From: Dimorphilus gyrociliatus
Taxonomy: Eukaryota > Animalia > Annelida
DNA: 64,000 nucleotides
NCBI GenBank assembly: GCA_904063045.1
Contig: CAJFCJ010000012.1
Location: 62,001-126,000, forward strand
Reading direction: 5' to 3'
The translations under genes and the position numbers were made by a program. Under the pieces are notes generated by a model. That model did not search any database. It was not told the DNA's origin and saw only the letters and a list, made by a program, of their open reading frames with translations. Below are positions 27,601-42,000 of this stretch, piece after piece (position 1 is the stretch's first letter; every line of letters starts with the position of its first letter).

Positions 27601-30600
27601 TAACTAAAATAATCGCCATTGCTAAGGATTATTTAATAATCCATATTGTTTGTAGTACCACAGGTCGCTTTTTGTCAGTTCTCTAAAAAAAGATATTTTC
27701 CGATATTTTTGACTCATATATAGCCCGAAGGTCAATCGGATTGAAAGAAAAAAAGAAAGAAGTAGACCTTTTAAGGTATTAAGATTGTTTTTTCTCTCTT
27801 TTTCTATTGCTTCTACTATTTTCTTTCGCCTAAAAATAAAAAGAGACATTTTCCTACTTTTAATCATTTAAAAAAAAAAATTTTTTGTAACCTTCATAAG
27901 AGACAAGTATAAGAAGATGACATTTTCTGTTCTCTCTTGTTTAATGAAGATAATTACAAACAGAGCATATATTGTATGTAATTTAATTGTCTTTTCTACT
28001 ACCAAAAAGATTGATTTGTTATGTTTGAAAAGAAAGATTAACATATTACGAATAAAATGTGTTATTTTTAAACTATGCTAGTACAACTTTTTTTTTTTGT
28101 TAAATAAAGTAAACACTACTATTCTAAAAATAGCAAAGTTTTTTCAGTGAGTATTGATGGTAGAGAAACTTAAGGTAGCGCATTTTGATTTATAATTTGA
28201 CAAGTCATTTTAGAAGTCGAAAATGAATGAAACAATTTTCGATTTTTATTTACATGGACGTACGCACACGCATACTACTCACACAAACACACAGACACAT
28301 TCACACACTCCTTTTGTCTGAAATATTCCCTTTCTCCCTCTTCATACGTCTCTCGTTTATATTTTTTGTAAACAAAAATAAAAAGTCTGTTCATTTTGAT
28401 CCTTTCATATCGACACAGGCCTATTTTGGCGGATATTATCGTCAATTATTTAAGTTCAGTTAAGGGAAGCATAACAAAATTTGCTGGTTTTCATTTCCCT
28501 TCCTAAATACAACCATCGATCGATTAGCATTCATTTTAGGTTATAACAATCAATGACTTTGATTGTATTTAGTTAAAAACACTTGAAACTCAAAGTATTG
28601 GGAAAACGTAAATTATGGAATATTTTTGGATATGCCACTGGAATAACTAATTAGGGAATGTTCGTTTTTTAAACGAGCTTGTTCTTTTTTGAGAACAAGC
28701 CAAGCTGAAAATGACTAACCCTCGATAAAAAGAGGCCGGTCAAGTGAGCGGTAACAAGAAAATAGCTACTCTTTTGAAAAATTGTGATAACAAGCCCATA
28801 TTTTAATGAAGGCATTATAATTTAGACAACGCCCCAATAGTTAACGATACATGCATAGGCCATATACATGTTATATAATATATATATACTTTTTAATATA
28901 GTCATGTTAAAATATGAATATGAAATTTTAGATTAAGATAAGCTTATTACCTAAATATTTGAAAGAATTTCAATAGACTTTTCTAATTTGTAATAGCATA
29001 ATTCCATATAGTAGTACCATATTTATCTAGGCTTATGCACATGTAGAACATCTTGACATACTGTATATTAGTATATATGTAAATAGTGGCTCATGAAAAA
29101 CTAATCAAATTGTTGATACCAATTCTTAAGTAAGGGAAAAAATCCTATTTTTTTCACTTGGTCACTTAATAGAAATTATTTATTTTGCAAAAACCTAAAA
29201 AATCGGATGCCTAATAAGATATCTACAGTATTTATAATTGCAAGTAAATAGGGGCAGGTGGCTTGGCAAAACCCCATCTTCTTAGCTTAATTTCTCAACA
29301 AATTCTGTGTCACTGGGATTCGGACCATCTCACCATTATTAAATTATCCATTCAAACTTTAACTACTAAAATTAAACAGAATGTAATTTATGTATGAATT
29401 TTTTTTCTTTATAAATAATTAATATTTAGATTGATCGCGATAAAAGCGTTACTCTACAAAGGGGATGCTTCTATCGGTAAAGAAGGATTAACTATTGTCC
29501 GCTTTTCCTCGATAAAATTCAATAAATGACAAAGTTCTAAAAAAGGACGTTGCTATTGACTACACATCTATTACACATATAGTATAAAATGATTATGTAA
29601 AAACATTGATTTACTATTTGAGAATTTTCAATAGTAAGCATTAAAGGAGGATTAAATATTGAAATACGAGAAACAGTATTGGAAGAAATAGTTTTGTAAA
29701 TTCGATGAGTTGCCCATCTACTCTGACACCCGGTACATTTTATTAGCGTTGCGCATCGATCTCTTTACAAGAGGGGGTCCAGTGAGTAAAGCGCCTAAGT
29801 ACTTTTGTCAACAAACAATGTTTTCAATTTACCTACCGCAATAATTGTCGGTTGCTGCTTGACCGTCCGAATTTAGTCGACAAATTACCTCCCTATTTTG
29901 GTATCCGGATCCACAGGAACCCTTAACTATGCAACGGCCCCAATCTTTAACTGTCCAATCACCCCTGGAAAGAAGTATGACTGTTTAATGGAATGCTTTT
30001 TTTTGGATATATAAAAGGCAAATTTGTCTGTAACTGGTAGCAGGAGTAGTGGTATGTAACTTCTGCATAAATATATCAACTCAAATACTTGATAATTTAG
30101 TAACATTTTTTTAAAAATACGTCCTTGTCAGTTGATTTTATCGAAAGTCGTTCTAATTAAGACTCATTAGTGGCAGGCAAGCCTTGTTTTTTAGCCATAG
30201 CATTTAATATCTACATACGTATATATACAATATACTGTATATAATTAAAGTTTTTACTTTAAACTGCCAAACAAATTACAAATAATTTATGTGAAAGGCT
30301 ATTTTTAGACATTTCCAAAATTCTAATACCAGTTTTTCATATACTGTATAGACATATTATACTGTATATATACTGCTTAGATAGAGATATGTTTTTGAAG
30401 TAAGTATATAACCACTTCAATAATAGAAAATGTACAATTATCAATAATAATTTCATTATAAATCATCTAAGGATTTATCGCAGCCCTTCTAAAAACTCTG
30501 TCAGTTTCAGTACGTAGTATTGCCTCTTTTGGGAATAGCAATGAGAATAACACTCTCCCTTTTTACTCTATTTTCCTGGGAAAAAATCCTCATACCTGGA

Positions 30601-33600
30601 ACATTCTCGACCTACACAAGGTTGAATTTCTATTTGAGGGGGACAAGAAATGCCTCTATGAGATGAGGGTCTGATAGTTTTCCGTCTTCTTTTCTTTTGT
30701 CCTCGACCACAACTAGAAGAACAGCTTGACCAGCTCTGCCATTCGCTTACAAGGCAATCACACGGTAAACTACATTGTCTTTCTTGTATAGGTTTTTCTG
30801 TTAGGAATAATCATTAATAGAATGTTGTAAAGATAATCCCTAGTTTCTTTTTCTTTTTATTCTTTTCATTTACAAAAACTGTTTTTATTAAAGATTTATA
30901 TTTCATAGGGACATTAACGTTTATTATTTATGTTTTCTTAATAAATAACAAAAAGAAAGAAAATAAACATTGAACCGGAAGTTCTTAACGCTATCAATAC
31001 GGCGTTAAATGTACGAGTCAGAAAGAGATCCTTCTCAATTACCGCCCCGCCACATTCCATCCTTATCCATCAACGTCCCGTAAGCCGCGTTTGGTACTCG
31101 ATCGTTAAAAATTGGCGCTGTGCAAGAACGCGTAAGCCGGATAAAGTATTTAAAGCTGAACAATTGAAGCGGATGGAAAAATTGTGAGCAAGCTGATGGA
31201 ATTATGGATTTGCGCTATTTTGAGTTTTCAACCTAGTATGACTTTCAGATCATAAAGCATTTATGTTTGTTTTATACAGACATTATCTACCAATATCCAC
31301 CAAATGAGATAATTATTCTTTGGTAAGAATAAATATTCCCATAGAAACATATAAAAAACTGGACGTTATTGTTATACCCTCTTTTTTTTCTAAAAAAAAA
31401 AACATTAATTATTACTTTTTTAACGATGTATATATTTTCTTTTATGCATTAAATTTTCCAGATTTTGTACTCGTTATATCCATTGTTCAAACGGTTCCCA
31501 GTATGCATAATACTAAGTTTTTGTGTTTAATATATATTATTCAATAAACTCCTATAATAGTTAATGATAAGGACAAGTGCTAGTTTAATTTTATTAATCA
31601 ATTAAGAATTCAAACTAAAGAAATAAATTATTAGATAGAATTTAAATTTAATTAATAAAGTTACCTTAACTTCATCTAATATTTACAAGGTTTGCAGCGT
31701 AATAGTCGAATATCTATATTAGTATATCGTAAATTTTTCTAATGATCTAATTTGTAACATAACAAGAGAAAATCTATTTCCTACCAATAGTAGCTTTAAT
31801 AGCCAGTTTGACTGGCCCTTAACTCCTTTCAAACACGATTAACTTTTTGTGTAATAGTATAATTAAACTGCACAGTACAGCTTGAGTAAATTCTTATTAG
31901 TCTAAATTCCTTTCGTAAAAATTAATAATATTGCTCTTACAAAAAAAGTTAGTGGAATTATTTACATGCATATATTTACATATATATATATAAAACCACG
32001 CTATATATGTACAGTGTAGACTGTACAAATTGAAATAATATATATTAAATGCGTGTAATACAAATTATGTTTAGCAGCTATTTCTTTTTTTAAGAATTGC
32101 TGGTTTATATAAATAATATAATAGTCATAGAATAGTATTATCATTACTCCTATTAAAACCATATACACAATGTTATTTTGTGTCATAAAAAAGGATTTAC
32201 TATAAAGTAAGACTTTTTTGTATACTTTGCGTTAAATTATAGAATATTATATTGCAAATAGGGAACAAAAAGGAATTTTAATGAAAATCTACTAGAACCT
32301 AACTTTCATAGAGTCTTTAAGTAAGAAAAGAGATAGCTCTCTTATAAGAGATGTTTTTTAAAGAAATTTACTAGTGTTTTCTTTTCATTTTACCTCCTTT
32401 TCCACGTTCTAAATAACTAGGTTAAAAATGAAACCATACAATGGTTTTATTAAGGTTTCATAATATATGAGGTCACATAAGAATAGAACTCTAAGGTCAA
32501 GAATCTTTTTGGTAATTTATTCTAATGGAATAGTAACCTTTAACTTATTGATCATTTGAAACAGAATGGAGACGATTCCTCGAATAACGGATTCTGACTA
32601 CGCTAGTCGACGCAATTTAACCCAGTAATATATCTGCACGACTTGATGCAATGGGAACGATACCTTTTGCCGCTCGAAACCTTTCTTTGACACTTTCATA
32701 TCACGTTTTGGCACTAAACTCTCGGAAATTGTAACTGAATGAAGTGACACCTGCTACAACAACAAATTTCTTCTTGGTCGACTACTAATAACTTAACTTA
32801 TTTCTAAAACTCATTTATTTAACAATTATTAAACAAGGCATGATTTTCTTCTATTTGAAGGAATAATTACAGTAAAGTAGTGAGGAGTAAGAAAAATAAA
32901 TTTAGAAATAAATGGAAGAGTCTATCTCTGTGTCAGTCGATTGACTATTTTAGAAGAGATGGTTAGGAGAAAATTTTTCGTAGGCCTAATGGCTTTTTTG
33001 TACTTGGTCGTTTCGGTTTTCAAGTAAAGTGACGCTCTTAGACGCCAAGAGCGCCGAAATGACGGCAGCTTTTATTGATGCAAGAACGAACCTACATATA
33101 AAATTTCAGGAAGATTAGCAAAGGAAGTAGGGTTTTTGATGGAGTGACGGTATAAAAAAGAGAAGAAATACTGATTCACCTTTTACAGGTACAGTACTCG
33201 TGCCGTAATGAAAACCTTGTTAATAATAACGAGAATTTACAGACTCTAAACGCTTAGAAGTCTCCAAGTACAGGGAAAAATAAACTCGTACTTATCTTTA
33301 TAAGAAATTGTAATAATAGAATACTTTATGTATACATACATTACTTAACGAGAAAATTACCAAATATGATACAGTTCAATTATATTCTTTTGTATATTAA
33401 ATCATTATTTATATTAAAAATCGAAATTTTCAAGTATTATGTTAAATTCCTGCTTAAATTCAATAATAAATAATTTATTAAATTTTGTTGAAGTGTTGGA
33501 AAAGATAAAAAACTGAAAACACATTTGATTGACATAAAATATATCATCGATACAATTTTATTGATTACCAGATGTTTCGTCAATACTGTCTCGACATATT

Positions 33601-35810
33601 TTACGGATTATTTGAACAAAATCTTGAAATATTTCTCTATAACACGTTAAAGTACTAGCTTATATAAGCAAAGTTCCATGCTCTATTTCCTACTATCGTT
33701 GTTTCTGATTCCCTAGTGTACCATCTTACTTGTTGATGTTTGTATTGTCCTATCATATTTTATCTACATTTTAGCAGTGAATCACTTGTAACATAATATA
33801 CGTTTCCCAAAAAGATGTAGGTAAAAGGAAATCCTTTTAAGTGAGACTTAATAAAAACTACTTGCCATCAACTTGTTCATTTTTTAGTCACTCGACAAAA
33901 AATAATAACACGATTATTGTAAAAAAAAAAAAAAAAAGAAAAAAAAACTGAAATTTCTCAATTTTGCTCATAAAATTTTTTTAAACCCAGCTTTAGTCAA
34001 CTGATGTCAATCGATATTAAAATAAAGAGTACACTTGGGTAAAATCATCAAATCTTCGACACTATGCTCTTTTTATAGATAAATATACATGCTATGTTTA
34101 TCTATATCTACAAGATATATATATATATATATATTTATATGTGCATCAAGTGTATATTGTAGATATAGAGATACATATATGTCTAAATACATATATATTT
34201 ATATATGACTATTTCTTACTAGTTAAATAAATGTTTTAATAAATTAATGGAACCTGGTATAGTTTTGGATCAAATTAAATTCAATAAATTTCTATAACGG
34301 CAGGTATAAGGTTTCTAGTACTCTATTTTATACAAATAGTATAATGTATACCAATCAGAAAGAATTTCATCAACGTATACTTTATGTATACGCATATACT
34401 ATATATTTACTGTATATATACAGTATATATAAACTGTATATTCGTCTCTGAGAGATGAAAAGTGTTTCCCACTGTCTTTGTTAATAGTGAAGGATAAAGA
34501 AAATGAAAAAACAACGGAACGAAAAGGAAATGAATAAAGAAAAAGAGAAAGAAAGGAAAATATATATATATATATATATATATTTTCAGTTGAGAGATTA
34601 AATAAAACAAATTTTTTCAGTCTTTCATTAAAAGAGAAAGACGATCTTTCAATTTTAAAATTCAATTGAAGAGTAAAGAGCAAAAAATTATCATAAATCT
34701 TATATGATTTCAGACAAGTTTATCATTGAATTTTTCACTTTTTGTTGCTATTTGTCCTTAAATCTCTCTTTCTCTTTCAAATTTACATAGTTATCTTATA
34801 ACTGTATATAATACAGTATAAGATAATTTATTACTATGATACTTAAACTGAAGGTTATAAAAACTTCTTGTATTCTATTTTAATAAAGTAGATGACAAAC
34901 TCTATTTATATATACTATATTCTATGTCCTTTAAAATTGATTAAGGAATTCTATCTTAAGAATATTCTCCTTCGAAATGCTACTTTTAAATGGAGAAATT
35001 CAATGCCATATGACTTAAGTGTTCTATATAATTTCTATGAGTAAAGAAAGTAATTTCTTCTAATCTCTCTAAATATAAAGTATAATAAAGTAGCGGATAT
35101 TTTTCAACTGATCAAAATATAATTTCTTTTCTAACCAAAGACTTGACCTGTTAAAATTTGGTTTATACAGTTGTACAAATAGTATAGAAATACTTAAGTA
35201 AGTTTTCAACAAGCTTGTTCGTTATTGTTATAAAATAGAGAAAGAAAAGAGAGCACTTACGGAGGTTTCTGCAATATTTCTCTGGAATAACGTTCCCCTC
35301 TCTTCCTATACATTGAACAAGTCTTTTTTTTATTCCTTTTTGACAATTTTCAGATTTTTTAGCTGTATTCCAAAGACGGCAAGATGACCACCTTTCAGTT
35401 TTCCATTCACTCTTTGTTGAACATGTTGAAAAATTTGCACACTTTTTTGTTTGAACGAGATCAGGACATTTTAATCCTTCCGAAGGTGGTAATAAAATAC
35501 TTCTACTCCTATATTGTATAGGTAAACAGTTCGAGCTACATCCAGACCAAGGCGACCATTCTGAAACGACACAGTTGTTCTGACATGTTTTACATTTTTG
35601 TTTTTCCGAAGGTTTTTCTATTTGAAATCCACGGCAAAAAGACGCTGGAACGGGCTCCCTTGAATGAACGCACGAAACCAATCGCTTCTGCTCGCAGGAA
35701 CAACAGTTAGTTTCTTCTATTGGTTTGCAACGTCCCCAATTTTCCTTCCGAAATTCGAATAGGCCGCCAACGGTCGTGACTAGCACGATCGGCAGCCAGA
35801 ACGCACGCAT
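9118..35810 (-). CDS. THSD7: Thrombospondin type-1 domain-containing protein 7-like (THSD7A/B-type): signal peptide, many TSP1 repeats, EGF-like module, single TM, cytoplasmic tail; about 1480-1500 aa
   Basis: Exons: 35810-35261, 30797-30596, 29964-29837, 25885-25664, 21053-20196, 19444-18665, [18375-18263 tentative], 18000-17147, 15269-15046, 10308-10186, [10002-9928 tentative], 9500-9118. Phases are compatible and motifs rejoin across junctions (YWKD|GPWSEC; CKLSYS|GNGTHC). TSP1 units alternate WSxWSxCSxxCG and WxxxxWxxC. The segment CPIFKW...RAVYC...LDGGC...KP followed by EGF and TM matches the THSD7A C-terminal layout as I recall it. N-terminal MRAFWLPIVLVTTVGG is signal-like. Confidence 0.82.
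10935..10959. repeat. (CT)n microsatellite
   Basis: Direct reading: tctctctc... run in a THSD7 intron. Confidence 0.9.
13818..13860. repeat. (TA)n microsatellite interrupted by CAG
   Basis: tatatatatatac-ag-tatatata...; contains TACAGTA at 13828-13834. Confidence 0.9.
21598..21628. repeat. (CT)n microsatellite
   Basis: Direct reading. Confidence 0.9.
29837..29964 (-). CDS. THSD7-like exon 3 (TSP1 repeat), not in the ORF track
   Basis: ttccag| ... |gtaggt, phase 2 to 1, 128 nt. Reads GDWTVKDWGRCIVKGSCGSGYQNREVICRLNSDGQAATDNYC. Confidence 0.9.
30596..30797 (-). CDS. THSD7-like exon 2 (TSP1 repeat), not in the ORF track
   Basis: cag| ... |gtatga, phase 1 to 2, 202 nt. Reads KPIQERQCSLPCDCLVSEWQSWSSCSSSCGRGQKKRRRKTIRPSSHRGISCPPQIEIQPCVGRECS. 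Confidence 0.9.
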
Positions 35811-38800
35811 GTCATCCGTTGTCCATGGCTGAACGCCGACTACTAAAAGAACGTAAAACTTGCTTTGACAGCTCCACCTATCGCAGTGCGGAAAACTAAC
35901 AATTCTTTCTATGAATGGTAAGACAAAATCAATTCCTATGGCAGTTAAAAATTGGCCATAAATATGTTTATTATTATAATCCGATAAAAATGAGCTACAT
36001 TCAATTGTTAACTTAAACCATCGATATTTTTATATTACTCAAAGTCTTAACTACAAATGTTTTCTTTACTGTACAAACTCTGTAATTAATTGAAATGTAC
36101 AATTACTTACAAAATTTAAATATCGTGTGAGATATGAGATACCAAATCAATACATTCTAAGAACGTGATTTGAATTGCGACATTGGTTTTTGTTAGGATA
36201 AAGACGTCTGGCTAATTGTGAATTTTTATTAGCATTGTATATTTTACAATAGAAACAGCAACCTTGTATTTTAAAGCTTCTTTCTTTTAAAAAAAAAAGA
36301 AAAAGAAGATACTTTTCTTTCCATCTTTCTTTCCTAATGATACTATCACAAAAAAAGAAAAGAAATAAAGAGGTAAAATATACGTCTAGACTCAGTTATC
36401 TTCAATTCTAGTTTCAACATCTTAAACTAAGTTTACAATTGTATAAATCTTTTCTCAGATGACCATAACAATTTTGTAAGATATAGCATTAATATCAATT
36501 TTCTGTAAAAGGGAAATCTCTACATAATTAAGTAATCAAAGACGACCTTTTACTATTTAGAGAGAGAAATGACAAAAAACTAGCTAAGAAATTTTCTTTA
36601 TTTTTTTACTTCCATAAAAAAGATATTCTTATTAATTCACCTCTTTTAATTAGGGTGTCAGGTGAATATTTTACAAGCACGTTTACTATATTTACCCGAT
36701 TTCAGTCGTTATAGATCTATAAATATAATTTTTTTGCTACTATATTTTCTATTAATGATTATTTCTTTTTTATTTCAACTTTATGTTCTATTTGTAAAAT
36801 GTTGAAAGTATAGTTACAATACTATTTTTCCTTATGAAAAAGTTCGAAGGGATTGAAAAGTATCTTTCTGTTTGCTTAAATCGAAAGAAATTAAACTTTT
36901 ATTTTACTATATTACTTTATTTTTAATATTTCAGTATAACGTATTGATAGCTGTCATGAAGATAATAAAATGAGGAGAGAAAGTGTCTTTGACAAAATCG
37001 ATGGCCATAACCTCAAGCTTACTGGAATGGCAAGGAATTGTTTTATCCAATTTTTCAATAGTAATAGCTCCTGGCTTTCCTTTTATTATACCATTCGCCT
37101 TTCAATTAGGACAAAAGTTATTTCAGCTATTTCTTTGCAGAGTTTGAATGAAATTTCTACGAAAATATATCGATATTTAACCTCATTCCCATAAAGAAAT
37201 ATCACATTTTACTCCTATAGAGACTTTAAATATTTTAATTTATTGTAAAGAAATGCAAACTATCGATGACTATGTCTTGTTATTTAAATGACAAAATGCA
37301 TCGAAAATAGCAATGAGCTGCAATAATATTACCTCGAACATTCTATGCTTTTCATGAAAAACGAACCTTTAAACCTTAAGGAAAAGAATTTTCTATACTA
37401 AGCTAAATATCTTTAACAAGGTAGAAATATATAAAGTATACAAATGAAACAGTATATACAGTATCTTAAGCAGTAACGTCGTATTTCTTTTAAATATTAA
37501 GTTTATATCGCTCCTGATATATAAATGAATAGCATATTAAAACTGTTAAAAATAATACGAAAAAAGACAAATTATACTATTTCTATTGATTGCGTAAACA
37601 TTTGTTAAAATCCCGTTTAAAATTGATGAAAATAGACATAGCAAAATAGATTAATAGGAGTATAGAATTTATTCAACTTTAACTAAGTCGATACTTTTTT
37701 TCTTCCAGGAAATTAACTTCTACCTATACTGTATACCTTTGCAAAGTATGATCAAGTACAAATAAATCACTCACGCTACACTCCTAGATTGTAATTTGTT
37801 ACTTTATGTTATTATCAGTATTCTTACCATAAAATTGAGCTAGATAGTCTTTTCAAAAATTTTATAAACAAATTAGAAACATAATCTGAACATTACTGTC
37901 TCTTTAAGAAATATTTATACTAAATATGATGGTAAGTTCTATGTATTAAGTACTGTCACGTTCTTATACTGCCCGCTTCGATGATTTTCCTTGTCAAGGA
38001 CCGATGCATTAGGAATTAATGACAGGGAAAGAGTGGTAAGATGTTCAGTAACTTGAAAGTTTTTGTGTCCTTCCTAATAGTTTAATGCTTTTTTAAGATG
38101 TATTATTTATTCATTATTTAGTTTTTGCACACGAATTTCTACCCATTCTATTTCCATTTTCTAGATATTTAATGAAAAAGATAATTTATAGATTCTTCTC
38201 GAATTTAAAATACTCTTAGCATTTCTTTTTACTATTGTAGAACGCTGCAAAAGATATATACATTTTTTTCTAGCTGCTAGTGACATCTACACTTAATTTT
38301 GCTCTTAATGGATACTTGAAGAAGTTTATCTTTCCTAATCTGTAATCTGTAATATGCACCTAATTAAGTTACTTTCTAATTTTAATAGATTAAAAACTAT
38401 CCTTTCAGATCATGCATATGAAACAATAATGCTACTTTTTCGCCATCTATCGATCTTAGTTCGAGTTAAGTAGTCCTTTTCCTTCATGAAAGTTTTTATC
38501 ATTATGAATGTATGGTGCTTATTAAGTATTGTAAAACATTACGTTACATTTTATATATTACAGAATAATGTGATATAGTTCTAGCTCATTTAACATCCAA
38601 TAATTCCCTCTTAAGCAGATATTGTCAGCACTGTATAAAAAGTAATAAATCAACAGTATAGATATACATAAAGAATAGATAAATTACATTCTACACAGAG
38701 AAGAGATACAAACTTCTCATTTATTTAGCATTGTTCCTTTCCGATTGGTAGAATCTATACCCAATGAAGTAATAAATATCTTAAACTCTCATTAAGCATC

Positions 38801-39015
38801 TGATAAGGATATTTTTAAAAAATATAATTTAAATTGACTTAATCTTAATTACTATATTTTAATGAATATTTCTATTATTTTTATTATAATAATCAGAGTA
38901 TTGAAATGAATTAGTGAAGCTTTTGTTTAATTTTTCAAGGAACAAAATTATCATCATCAAGCGTTTTTGAGTTAATATTAATAAATTTACATATATTTTT
39001 CGGTGAAATATTTGC

Positions 39016-42000
39016 TTATTCGCAAGATATTCCAACTTCTAAATGCGGAGCATAATCACTTGGACAATTATTGGTTACAGAAGATATAGCATACATAGCC
39101 ATTGAAGAAAACGTACATTCATTTCCACTACATAGTTCTTGTAGTTCGCTAGTGACATCTGTATGACAGCCAACGTGGGGGGAATCGTGTTTCACACACT
39201 CTCCTACACGCATAAGACCCCAGTAGGCTTTATGTATCTTTACTGTTTGTCCCGGAGAGCATTTTTGGGTATGCTGTTGTCCAAAACATATTGACTTGCC
39301 ATCTATTTTTAAAAATATTAATTAGAGCCGTGACCATAAATGTCTATTTTACTATTTTTATATAAAAATCTATTAAAACTTACTAGTAATAGGTGCAAGA
39401 GTGGTAATACCCTGTGTAGTTGGATTATTTGTAGGTTTCATTACACATTCTACACGAGCTTGAAGATATGAAAGTAAATTTACTGGGCAAGGGGTGCTAG
39501 TTTTTTGATACAATCTGTGTTGCCAGAAAGAACATTCTTGAGGAGTAGAAGAACAAATATCTCTAACATAATCGGTAACATTCTTTTTACAACCAAGAGA
39601 GCCCATATCTTTAGTGACACATTTACCAAGCTCCATTCTTCCCCAAAATGCTTCGTGTATCTTCATCTCATAACCATCTTCACACTTGTAACTGAATTGT
39701 TCATTACCGCAAAAACTTTTCAATTCTCCTGCGTCTGCCATCACTTCAGTCGTAATTTCTTGGTTGGTTGTTGTTTCCATTTTAGGAGAGCAAATAGCAT
39801 CGATATATAAGTGTGAAACAACACTCATTGAACAATTATTGCTCTGTTGATTAATGATCATATAGAAGGGAATAATGTTACACGAAGATGTGTCCGCTCC
39901 ACATGCATTTTGGATAACTGATGTTACGTCCCTATAGCAAGGCATGAATCCTAAATCATTTTTAATACATTTTCCAAGCTTCATACGTCCATAAAGTGCT
40001 TTCTTAATAACAACTTTTTCGTTGTCTTGACAAGTTTTTGTAAAAGCCTCAAAGTTGCAACTCTCTTCAAATCCTTTATTTAAAACAAAACAATTAATTA
40101 ATCATTACCTCATAAATATTTATAGAAAACATTTTACGTATCTTAAAAGTTATTCGTTTAAAAGACGTAATGCAATGGTTTTGTCTTTAGTTACCCAATA
40201 GTATATTGGTATATTATTCTAAAATTATACGTACCATCAATATTTACAGCAGAGTTGGCTGGTGTGCCACTGGGAAGTGTACTAGCTACAGTTGTGGTAG
40301 GCATTAAATCCGATTGACAATAGTACGAAACTTCCAAATAACCAATTACACCAGAAGGACAATTAGTTTCTAACGACATAAGATCGATAAGTGACTTGGA
40401 GCAGGTTTTCATATTTTCGCAATCTGCTTTAATAACTTCAGTAACATCTGTATAACATCCTACATTATTCTCTAGTTCAGAAATACAATTTCCTCTCCTC
40501 ATTCTTCCATAATGGGCACGTCTTATTATAATTTTGCTATTTTGTTCACATGAAGGCTCAAACGTTGAACCAAAACAAAATTGTTTAGCGTCTAAAAGAA
40601 ATGATATAGATTGAATATTAACGTTGCTTAAAATTTGGCTTCCCACCTTGTAGTGGTACATAGTCCGCTTGCCTTTTCGTAGTAGGCTCTTCAGTAGTAG
40701 TCCTCACTGCTGTTGTTGTGGTGGGCATTTGGGTAGTTGTCATTTTCACAGTGGTACTAATTGTTGATGGAGGTGTTTCCTTTGGTACATTCACTACACC
40801 TCCCTCCACACATTTATATGTTACTTCAAGATAACTCTCGAGGTCTGAAGGGCAATTCGTCTGGCCGTTTAATAAGTTCTTTAGTTTCATTAGTGGAACT
40901 GAACATGTCATTCCATTGCCACATAGATAACCAACTTCTCCCTTGACGTCAACATAGCAAGGCATATGGCCATAATTTTTGTCTAAGCATTTACTTAGAC
41001 GCATTCTTCCGAAATGGGCAAAGGTGATTTTGACTTTATAGCCAGCAGAACAGTATCCTTTGAACTCTTCACTCATACAGTAGGCTCTCGCATCAGCAGG
41101 AGCTACGTAACTATTTGTAACTGCAGCCGTCGAAGTGGAAACAGTTGTTGATAATGTTGTTGGTGGCATTGTTACTGTAGAAGTCTTTACAGTCGTGGAA
41201 GGTTGGGGTAAAGAGGTGGTAGGTCCTCCAGCAGCACATAAATAAGAAGCCTCCAAGTAAACACTGTATTCAGAAGAACATTTGCTCTGAATAACGTTCT
41301 TTATATCTATTCTCAATGTCACGACATCAACAATGCAGATTCTTTTACCATCACATTTTGAAGATAAGCTTGGGTGTACATTATCAAAACAACCAATATA
41401 AGCTTGATTTGTGGGAATACAACTGCCAGTTCTCATACGACCCAAGCGGCCTCCTCTCATGATAACTTGCTTACCATAGGGACAAGAAGCTACCAACTTA
41501 GTACCCCAACAAGCCTCAACATAATCATTTAATGGTTCATATGTGGAAACTGGCTTAGAGGTTGTTGATATGATGGGAGCCTTTGTTCTCTTTTTAGTAT
41601 ATAAAGAAAAAAACATATATATATATACATATATATATATATACTGTATATAAATTATATGTTTATGGTAAATATAGTAATTTGTAAATTAAGTTTTCAA
41701 ATAGAAATTAGATAGTCTATAGAGATTCCCCTTACCTCTTTTGTTGTAGTTGACGGTATTGTTGGAGTAGTGGTTGGCATTGTTGAAGGTGTAGATTCTC
41801 TGAATATTGGACCACCCTCCATACATTTATGGTGAACTTCCAAATACATAGTAACATCTTTTGGACATCGTGGGTTCTTAACCTTATCTCGAACATCGTC
41901 TACTGGAACCTCACAGTGTCTCTTACCATCACATTTTTCACTTAAAAGTTCTGTTACTTCATTAAAACATCCTAGAACACCTAAATCTAAAGATATACAT

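Noticed and set aside
22669-28463. Short ORFs of 60-95 aa in THSD7 introns (22669, 23463, 24386, 26790, 27622, 28227) and similar ones at 8604, 10484, 31320, 32001, 34399, 36970, 44680 and 49734
   Set aside because: They have low-complexity F/I/L/Y/K composition typical of AT-rich non-coding DNA, often non-ATG starts, and no domain motifs or splice-compatible partners.
29315-29326. Minus-strand GGTCCGAATCCC resembling a tRNA T-loop or Pol III B-box
   Set aside because: I found no A-box, acceptor stem or cloverleaf around it. A tRNAscan-SE or SINE search would settle it.
33921-33947. Long A-run as a retroposon poly(A) tail
   Set aside because: I found no recognisable upstream SINE/LINE body or target-site duplication.
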